Shown piece by piece: positions 9,452 to 16,335 of a stretch of 64,000 bases of DNA. This DNA is from an uncultured Chitinophagales bacterium (GTDB taxonomy: Bacteria > Bacteroidota > Ignavibacteria > UBA10030 > UBA6906), in assembly GCA_964495695.1 (NCBI GenBank), contig CAZBWR010000010.1, positions 4,000-67,999 on the forward strand. The letters are read 5' to 3'. Below the pieces are notes generated by a model, which made no database searches, was not told where the DNA came from, and saw nothing but the letters and a program-made list of their open reading frames with translations. Both the position numbers and the translations under genes were made by a program. Each line of letters opens with the position of its first letter. The first letter of the stretch is position 1.

Positions 9452-10347
9452 TAGATCTTATCGAGAACCATGAATGCGAGCAAAAGAGGCAAATAGACAA
9501 GCGACGCAAAGAACATCTGACGCGCTGCAGCATTGGATTTCAGCAGATGTAGCCGCCAGCCGAAGTACAGAAACCCTCCACCCGACAAGAGGGAGCCAAA
9601 CAAGTACACCCAGCTAAGATCAGTAAACAGAATGAGAAGAACCGACACGGGAATCAGCCCCAGGCAATAGTACAGGATTTGCCGTGCGGTGCGTGCCCCA
9701 TCCGGATCGAGAACAGTCAGCATCGGATACCCTGCACGCTCATAGTCTTTCCTGTACATCCAGGCAAGCGAGAAGAAATGCGGCATCTGCCAGAAGAACA
9801 GAATCCCAAACAGGACCCATGCCTCGATCGTAACCTCATTCCGCGCTGCCGTCCAGCCTATCATCGGTGGCAGGGCGCCGGGAATGCCACCAACTACAGT
9901 TGAGAACCATGTGAGGCGTTTCAGCGGAGTATAAAGAAAGAGGTATGTTCCAAGTGTCAAGACAGCCAGAAATCCGGAAAGCGGATTGACGAATAGTGTC
10001 AGTTGAATAATCCCGGCTACAGAAGTAACGGTTCCGAAAAGCAGAACTTCCGCTGGAGTCAGCCGGCCGGAAGGAAGCGGCCTGTTCTCGGTCCGGCGCA
10101 TCAATGCATCATGATGCCGTTCAATGTACTGGTTAAGAGCCCCCGCCCCGCCTCCTACCAAGGCGGTACCGAAAAGGGTATGTAACAGAAGGTCAAAGGG
10201 TATGGACCCTGTTACGCCGAGGTAGAATCCCCCTAAAGCAGTAACGACCGAAAGAAACGTCAGTTCCGGCTTTGTCAAAGTCAAATAGTCGGCGATCCGT
10301 GACCGCTCGATTGCGATTGTACCGTTAGTTTCGAGTTCCGTTCTCAC
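9451..10347 (-). CDS. ctaB: Protohaem IX farnesyltransferase (haem O synthase)
   Basis: UbiA-family motifs 'NQYIERHHDALMRRTENRPLPSG' and 'YRKDYERAGYPML'. Confidence 0.9.
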   Translation of the reverse strand: MRTELETNGTIAIERSRIADYLTLTKPELTFLSVVTALGGFYLGVTGSIPFDLLLHTLFGTALVGGGAGALNQYIERHHDALMRRTENRPLPSGRLTPAEVLLFGTVTSVAGIIQLTLFVNPLSGFLAVLTLGTYLFLYTPLKRLTWFSTVVGGIPGALPPMIGWTAARNEVTIEAWVLFGILFFWQMPHFFSLAWMYRKDYERAGYPMLTVLDPDGARTARQILYYCLGLIPVSVLLILFTDLSWVYLFGSLLSGGGFLYFGWRLHLLKSNAAARQMFFASLVYLPLLLAFMVLDKI

Positions 10348-11366
10348 GCCGGCGTTGGCTCCACTGCTATTGGTTCGATTTCCGGTTCCGGTTCAGGGAC
10401 ACGAACAAGTCTGAATGTATAGGCCGCCAGGGCTACACTTGTTCCGAGCAAAAGCGCACCCACGGCGACATGCGCTGTTGCTATTTGCACTCCCTTTCCC
10501 GTCCACACAGTGAGGGCTCCGAGAAGAAACTGAACGAGAAGCAGGAGTCCCTGAATAATTGCAGTCTCCCTCAACCGCGGGAGCTGGTAATTTCTGAGGA
10601 TATGAATTACACAACCCAACAGAATAATCGTAACGGCAACAGCCCCGATCCTATGCACGAAATGGATCCAGATCTGAGTGAGATCCACCGGCGGCAGGTC
10701 ATAGTACGTGAGACGGTAGTCATTGAGGGATGCCATATCTGCACCATTCATAGGCGGTAGCCAATGGCCATACGTTGTTGGAAAGTCGGGAACTGCCAGT
10801 CCACTCGCAGAATGACGCATCAATGCACCAAGGATGAGTTGGACCCATACCGCGATTACAGCAAGAATAGCCCACAAACGCGTCCGCCCCGTTGACGATA
10901 CTGTCTCCGTTTCGTCCGACTTCCATAAACGTGATGTCATCAGGGCCAAAACGATCGTTAGCGAAAAAAATGTCTGGGCAAGCGTCGCATGGGAAACTGA
11001 CACCCAGGTAGGCAGCAAAAGGAGGACGGTGATTCCACCGAGAATGCCTTGAGTGATGACTGCCAGCAGTGCGATACCGCCAAGCATTCTTACACCCTTG
11101 CGCTCGTCCCGTCTCCACAGCCAGATAGCCATTACTGTCGTCAAAAAACCGACGAACGTGGCAACCATTCGGTGGCCATGCTCATAGAAAATGCCTCCTA
11201 CCATAGGAGGCATCAACTGGCCGTACGAGAGCGGCCAATCAGGCACAGCAAGGCCGGAATCGGTGCTGGTGACAAGCCCGCCTGCAATAATCAGAAAAAA
11301 CGTAGACGCTGCCGTGAACACCGCGAACCTATGCAGGGCTGCGTGAAACGTCAATTTCTTATTCAA
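10344..11366 (-). CDS. ctaA: Haem A synthase (COX15/CtaA)
   Basis: 8-TM protein with paired His motifs ('EHGHRMV', 'HFVHRIGA', 'SHATLA', 'TAHVAVGA'). There is a 4-nt overlap with ctaB. Confidence 0.85.
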   Translation of the reverse strand: MNKKLTFHAALHRFAVFTAASTFFLIIAGGLVTSTDSGLAVPDWPLSYGQLMPPMVGGIFYEHGHRMVATFVGFLTTVMAIWLWRRDERKGVRMLGGIALLAVITQGILGGITVLLLLPTWVSVSHATLAQTFFSLTIVLALMTSRLWKSDETETVSSTGRTRLWAILAVIAVWVQLILGALMRHSASGLAVPDFPTTYGHWLPPMNGADMASLNDYRLTYYDLPPVDLTQIWIHFVHRIGAVAVTIILLGCVIHILRNYQLPRLRETAIIQGLLLLVQFLLGALTVWTGKGVQIATAHVAVGALLLGTSVALAAYTFRLVRVPEPEPEIEPIAVEPTPA

Positions 11367-12306
11367 GATATGCTTCCTCTTCTTTCAACCATTCTTCATA
11401 CTGCTCCGGTGTATGCAACACCAATGTTCCGCGCATCCGGTAGTGCCCCAGTCCGCATAGCTGCGCGCACGCTATTTCGGTGGGAGTATCCTGCGTTGCG
11501 TTGATGGTGGAAACGCCTGCCGCAAGCAACTGATCGATTATATCGTTTGTTATGAAACCCCCTTTGGCCAGAAGGGGCACACCATCACTGCCGTTGTAGT
11601 CGGCCGTGGCAATCATTGTTGGAGCTTGCCCGTCCCGGAGACGCAATGAAGCCGTCGCATATGTCTTGTTCATTCTGGCACGGATCTCGTCAGTCGTCAT
11701 CGTAGCAGTAAACGTGACGGGAATTGCTTGACCGGGAATCGCATCCTGTTTAACACGTAGAAGCGGCAATGCAAAGCTGTGTATTACGTCTTTGCTTGTT
11801 AGATAGATCAAGATCGGCTTGCCGACCGGGATATGCAGGTTGTTGATCGTGGTAATGTCATCTTTTGCATCCGGATCCTCCCTGTCCAACCCGAGAGGAT
11901 TGTCCGATGACACCAGTGCGATATCACGTTTGCCGAATTTCCCGTCCCTTCCCGCATAGTGCATGTTCCAGGCGAACTGCTCGGCAACGACGTGAATCAC
12001 AAGTGCATCTTTTGTATCCGGATATGTCGTCCAGACCCCGGCCCAAACTGGGACTGCAAACCCGACGAGTAGTACACCTTCAAACAGGGCCACTGCAACC
12101 TCAATGTAGCTGGAGGCGTGGCTTTTCACGCCGATGTAGTCGGCCTTCGGGTTCTTCTGTTTCCGGAATTTGAACAACGAGTAAACAAAGAATGTTCCCC
12201 ATCCCACGAACAGGACAAGCATCAGCCAGTGCATTATCACAATGATCTGGTCGATACTATGACCATGTGCCGACGCGTCAATAGGAAGTCCTAGCAGGTC
12301 GTGCAT
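11359..12306 (-). CDS. ctaC: Cytochrome c oxidase subunit II (CuA cupredoxin, no fused cytochrome c domain)
   Basis: Two N-terminal TM helices, then CuA ligands H176 ('DVIHSF') and 'CAQLCGLGHYRM' (C280, C284, H288, M291). The His-to-Cys spacing is unusually long (see findings). Confidence 0.85.
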   Translation of the reverse strand: MHDLLGLPIDASAHGHSIDQIIVIMHWLMLVLFVGWGTFFVYSLFKFRKQKNPKADYIGVKSHASSYIEVAVALFEGVLLVGFAVPVWAGVWTTYPDTKDALVIHVVAEQFAWNMHYAGRDGKFGKRDIALVSSDNPLGLDREDPDAKDDITTINNLHIPVGKPILIYLTSKDVIHSFALPLLRVKQDAIPGQAIPVTFTATMTTDEIRARMNKTYATASLRLRDGQAPTMIATADYNGSDGVPLLAKGGFITNDIIDQLLAAGVSTINATQDTPTEIACAQLCGLGHYRMRGTLVLHTPEQYEEWLKEEEAYLE

Positions 12307-12331
12307 GATTCTGTGGTCTCCTTGTGAGTAA

Positions 12332-12577
12332 TCAGTTCAGTCTGTCGCTGAACCGACGGTTAATGTCGTATGTCCTACGCCTCATGTAGATGAAGAAGGC
12401 GCTGACTCCTGCCAACACCGTTCCCGTGACAGCAAGCAAGCTGAGTATTGCCCATTTCATTGCCTGCGTTTCGGACGATGAAGGGTCGCCAAAACAACTC
12501 GGGCACGCCGTCACTGAATCGACTCCGGCGAGCCACAGTATTGCAACCATTGCAGAGAGAAGCGTTCCCCGTCTCAT
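12332..12577 (-). CDS. Small membrane protein with signal peptide, CPSC motif and C-terminal TM anchor
   Basis: 81 aa: 'MRRGTLLSAMVAILWLAGVDSVTACPSCFGDP...' followed by the hydrophobic helix 'WAILSLLAVTGTVLAGVSAFFIY'. Its start overlaps the upstream gene's stop by 4 nt. Confidence 0.5.
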   Translation of the reverse strand: MRRGTLLSAMVAILWLAGVDSVTACPSCFGDPSSSETQAMKWAILSLLAVTGTVLAGVSAFFIYMRRRTYDINRRFSDRLN

Positions 12578-12780
12578 ATCATACTCACGTGTTTGAGTTT
12601 GCGCAGGAACCGTCTCCCGTACACAACCAATCCCACAGCTGCCAGGAACGCCAACACTCCAAGAGAGAGATGTGCAAATGACCCTCCGGATGTGTAGGCT
12701 CCAATCTCCCAGACGCCATAGCCGATTGCCAGGAGCACGGATGCTGCAATAAATGCGATATGAAATGCTTTGAGTGACAT
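12574..12780 (-). CDS. Small two-TM membrane protein (unknown function)
   Basis: 68 aa with two hydrophobic helices. It overlaps both neighbours at start and stop, which suggests translational coupling inside the cox operon. Confidence 0.5.
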   Translation of the reverse strand: MSLKAFHIAFIAASVLLAIGYGVWEIGAYTSGGSFAHLSLGVLAFLAAVGLVVYGRRFLRKLKHVSMI

Positions 12781-13088
12781 TATTCCACCAGCCTCAAGCT
12801 ATCCATGTCCGTCGAAATCGGCAGAAACATCAAGAATATAAAGAAAACTGCCGTAAGAATCAGCGTTGCATAGATAACTTTTTTTTCTGACAGCAAATGC
12901 ATGAAATAGCCCGCTACCAGCGAGGCGTTGATGCCAGCTACAATCAATGCCAGTGTCACTGCGGCAGCAACACTCAAGTGGAGGGCTGAAATCGCCACAG
13001 TTACAACCGTAAGCGCCATGAGGGAAACAAACACAATTATGTACTTCCGGACACTTTTCTTGATATCATCTGCATGAACTGAATCCAT
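12780..13088 (-). CDS. Cytochrome c oxidase subunit IV (bacterial CoxIV/CyoD-like)
   Basis: 'IKKSVRKYIIVFVSLMALTVVTVAIS' plus 3 TM helices. The start is set at ATG 13088, which has an AGGAG 5 nt upstream; the ORF track's longer version begins at 13133 inside coxIII. Confidence 0.7.
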   Translation of the reverse strand: MDSVHADDIKKSVRKYIIVFVSLMALTVVTVAISALHLSVAAAVTLALIVAGINASLVAGYFMHLLSEKKVIYATLILTAVFFIFLMFLPISTDMDSLRLVE

Positions 13089-13096
13089 AGTTACTC

Positions 13097-13696
13097 CTAT
13101 AGTAAATAGAGAACCGGGAAAAGAAAGATCCACACGAGATCAACGAAATGCCAGTACAACCCTGCAACTTCCACCCTGTTCGTAAACCGGACAGGATCAG
13201 TCTTCCACATCTTTGCCCCTGGGCCCCAGAGATACCCATTCACGACAATACCACCAACTATATGGAGCCCGTGCAAAGCGGTAATCGTAAAGTAAATTGC
13301 TAAAAACGTGTTCGTGCTTGGAAACAATCCGTGCTCGAATTTGGAAGAGTATTCGAAGTACTTGACTACGAGGAAGACGAATGATAGAAGAATCGTCAAT
13401 CCCATGTACGTCCTATACTTCTTAAAATCCTTCAACATGAGCGACGCCCAGGACATCACCATCGTTACGCTCGAGCTGATCAGCACAACGGTGTTGAACG
13501 TAGCGAGCGGAACGTTGAGAATGTCATATCCGTGAGGCCATGTTGGGGCGTTTACCCGAAGCAGGACATACGTCGAGAAGAGAGCCCCGAACAGCATCAC
13601 TTCAGAAGCCAGAAACAGCCAGACGCCCAGCTTTGCGTTATAGAGGCCTGTGTCAGGACGGGCGGTTGAGGTATAGGGAATATTCATCGGGCTCAC
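13097..13696 (-). CDS. ctaE: Cytochrome c oxidase subunit III
   Basis: 199 aa five-helix type. 'YWHFVDLVWIFLFPVLYL' is the canonical subunit III C-terminus. Confidence 0.9.
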   Translation of the reverse strand: MSPMNIPYTSTARPDTGLYNAKLGVWLFLASEVMLFGALFSTYVLLRVNAPTWPHGYDILNVPLATFNTVVLISSSVTMVMSWASLMLKDFKKYRTYMGLTILLSFVFLVVKYFEYSSKFEHGLFPSTNTFLAIYFTITALHGLHIVGGIVVNGYLWGPGAKMWKTDPVRFTNRVEVAGLYWHFVDLVWIFLFPVLYLL

Positions 13697-15495
13697 CTTT
13701 GATGCTGGGGAATGAAATCCGCCGCACTATCCGGCACACTGTACTCGTACGGACCGCGGTGCACTTCGGGCACTACCTCAAAATTTCCATGCGCAAGTGG
13801 TGGAGATGTTGTTGCAGCCATATCGAGTGTCGTGGCTTCCCACGGGTTTGCGCCCACAGGCTCACCCTTCTTGATGCTCCAGAAGAAATTGATGATGAAT
13901 GGAATCTGCGCGAGTCCGAGCAACCACGCAGAAATCGACATCACCTCATTCCATTGAAAAACCGATTGTGCGTGGGAATATTGCAGGCCACCGTCATACA
14001 GACGGCGGGACACGCCTGCAAGACCCTGGATAAACATCGGCATAAAGACGCCGTTCAGGAAGATGAATGATCCCCAAAAGTGTATCTTGCCGAGTGTGTC
14101 GCTCATCTTGCGACCTGTGACCTTCGGATACCAATAGTAGATGCCGGCAAAGAGTGCGAGAAGCGTTCCCGGCGCGACGACGTAGTGGAAATGCCCGATG
14201 ACATAGTACGTGTCATGAAGATGAATGTCAGGTGGAGCCAGGCCGAGCGGAAGTCCCGTTAACCCGCCGATGCCGAACATCGGAAGGAATGCAAGTGCAA
14301 ACAGCATTGGTGTTGTGAACCGTATCGATCCACCCCACAATGAAAGGAAGAACGCTGTGAGAATAATAATTGACGGAATTGAGATGATCATCGTTGTAGT
14401 CTGGAAGAACGTACTTATTACCGTTCCCATACCCGTCATAAACATATGGTGCGCCCACACAACAAATGACATAAAGCCCAGAAACACAGCGGCATATACC
14501 ATTGACTTGTAGCCCCATAGCGGTTTACGCGTGTTGTTTGCGATGATCTCCGCTACAATACCCATCGCAGGAAGGATGAGGACATAGACCTCAGGGTGCG
14601 CAAGGAACCAGAAGAGGTGCTGCCATAGCAACGGACTCCCGCCCCCGGTATACTGAGTAAGTGGAACACCACTGACAACAAGGCCACTGGGCATGAAGAA
14701 ACTTGTATCGACAAGCCGGTCCATGAGCTGCAGGATACCTGCGGCTTCAAGCGGAGGAAACGCCAAGAGTAGCAGAAACGCGGTAATAAATTGGGTCCAC
14801 ACGAAAAACGGGAGTCGCATGAAAGTCAATCCGGGCGCCCGCAATTGTATGATGGTGACGATGAAGTTCACAGAGCCCAACAACGACGACGTAATAAGAA
14901 AAACCATACCAAGAAGCCAGGCTGTCTGTCCGCTGGTCGCTATCACTGAAAGCGGAGCGTACGACGTCCATCCGGAATTGGCTGCTCCACCCGGAAGGAA
15001 AAAGCTGATAAGCATCGTTACTCCACCCATGAAGTAGATCCAGTAGCTCATCATGTTCAGCTTCGGGAATGCCATGTCAATGGCACCGATCTGCAGCGGC
15101 ATGACATAATTCCCGAAAGCTCCGACTGCAAGTGGCACAACTCCCAAAAAGACCATTATCGTGCCGTGCATTGCCCCAAGCTGGTTGTAAAACTCAGGGA
15201 GCATAATGCCGTCCGGTGCCCGATCGGGTCCAAGCCATTGGCCAATCCACGGAATGGGGTCCCCCGGGTACGCCAACTGCCAGCGCATCAACATCATCAA
15301 CACAAATCCCAGCAGAAGAAATAAGAGACTGGTGATGCCGTATTGGATACCGATGACTTTATGATCAGTCGAGAACACATACTTGCGGATAAAGCCAGGC
15401 TCATGGTGGTGCTCGTGATGCACCCCGGCATGTGTTCCCACACCCACCCCCTCAACCTGTTTTTGTGATTGATGCTTGGAGCGTTCGTCACTCAC
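13693..15495 (-). CDS. ctaD: Cytochrome c oxidase subunit I (haem-copper oxidase catalytic subunit)
   Basis: 600 aa with 'WFLAHPEVYVLILP', 'VWAHHMF' and 'HFHYV' motifs. GTG start with AAGGAGA upstream. Confidence 0.95.
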   Translation of the reverse strand: MSDERSKHQSQKQVEGVGVGTHAGVHHEHHHEPGFIRKYVFSTDHKVIGIQYGITSLLFLLLGFVLMMLMRWQLAYPGDPIPWIGQWLGPDRAPDGIMLPEFYNQLGAMHGTIMVFLGVVPLAVGAFGNYVMPLQIGAIDMAFPKLNMMSYWIYFMGGVTMLISFFLPGGAANSGWTSYAPLSVIATSGQTAWLLGMVFLITSSLLGSVNFIVTIIQLRAPGLTFMRLPFFVWTQFITAFLLLLAFPPLEAAGILQLMDRLVDTSFFMPSGLVVSGVPLTQYTGGGSPLLWQHLFWFLAHPEVYVLILPAMGIVAEIIANNTRKPLWGYKSMVYAAVFLGFMSFVVWAHHMFMTGMGTVISTFFQTTTMIISIPSIIILTAFFLSLWGGSIRFTTPMLFALAFLPMFGIGGLTGLPLGLAPPDIHLHDTYYVIGHFHYVVAPGTLLALFAGIYYWYPKVTGRKMSDTLGKIHFWGSFIFLNGVFMPMFIQGLAGVSRRLYDGGLQYSHAQSVFQWNEVMSISAWLLGLAQIPFIINFFWSIKKGEPVGANPWEATTLDMAATTSPPLAHGNFEVVPEVHRGPYEYSVPDSAADFIPQHQR

Positions 15496-15546
15496 GACTC
15501 CGTCTCCTTATGTGATATTGGAAGCGTTTGGGTTTGCTTACCCGTC

Positions 15547-15570
15547 CCGGACGCCGCCAATGGCGTCCGG
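15547..15570 (-). other. GC-rich intercistronic stem-loop between the cupredoxin gene and coxI
   Basis: Perfect 9-bp stem ccggacgcc / ggcgtccgg with a 6-nt loop. No U-tract follows on the minus strand. Confidence 0.5.
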
Positions 15571-15590
15571 ATCCGGTATTCTGGTGAGAT

Positions 15591-16283
15591 TTACTTTGCA
15601 CTGAAAGTGAAGTCTGCAGTTGCTTTGCCGGCGGCATCGACCTTGACTTTGGCGGTTTGCGAACCGTACTTTTCGTGCCATGCCTCGATCGTATATTCAC
15701 CCGCGGGGAGTTTCTTCAATGAGAATGTACCGTCATCCCCAGTTACATCATAGAATGGATGTGCAAACACGCCGATATATGCACCCATCCACGTATGTAC
15801 CTCACACTTCACCTTGAAGATTTCGGGTTTGTCGAATGTCTTCGTCAACTTCATTCCCTGCTTCGGCTGGGCGACGTTGAACGAAGGATTGTCCTTCGAA
15901 AGTGAATGAACGTTATGGAGTGTCGGATCACTGTTCAGGATGTCGACCGCTTGTCCTGTCTGAACTCCAAGAACGTGTGGCGTATAGATGCATCCCTTCT
16001 GGTCGAAGGTTGCGTTTGAGGAGGGCGGCTGGAACTTCCTGTTACCCAGGCCTGACTTTACATAAACCAGCACATTTTTCAGAGTATTGTTAGAATTTAC
16101 AATAACCTCTTCGCTACGCTGCGGGTCTTTATGCGCCGCCTTGCAGACCTTGTCCGCATCCATGCGTAATGCCGTGGCCTTCGGGGCACTTCCTTGGAAT
16201 GAAACCTTGCCCGTAACGTCCCCGGCCAAAGCTGTTCCGACGACACAGACGGAGAGCATGACTGCTGTTTGTATTCCCTTCAT
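15591..16283 (-). CDS. Secreted cupredoxin-like (type-1 copper) protein with C-terminal carboxypeptidase-regulatory-like beta-sandwich
   Basis: Signal peptide 'MKGIQTAVMLSVCVVGTALAG'. Candidate T1Cu ligands are 'LHNVH' and 'KCEVHTWM' (C-x2-H-x2-M). The C-terminal part 'VTGDDGTFSLKKLPAGEYTIEAWHEKYG' is a CarbopepD_reg-like pattern. AAGGAG SD. Confidence 0.55.
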   Translation of the reverse strand: MKGIQTAVMLSVCVVGTALAGDVTGKVSFQGSAPKATALRMDADKVCKAAHKDPQRSEEVIVNSNNTLKNVLVYVKSGLGNRKFQPPSSNATFDQKGCIYTPHVLGVQTGQAVDILNSDPTLHNVHSLSKDNPSFNVAQPKQGMKLTKTFDKPEIFKVKCEVHTWMGAYIGVFAHPFYDVTGDDGTFSLKKLPAGEYTIEAWHEKYGSQTAKVKVDAAGKATADFTFSAK

Positions 16284-16335
16284 CGGTTCTCCTTATGTGT
16301 AGATTGTGAGTATAGTGAATTGATACACTTGTTGT

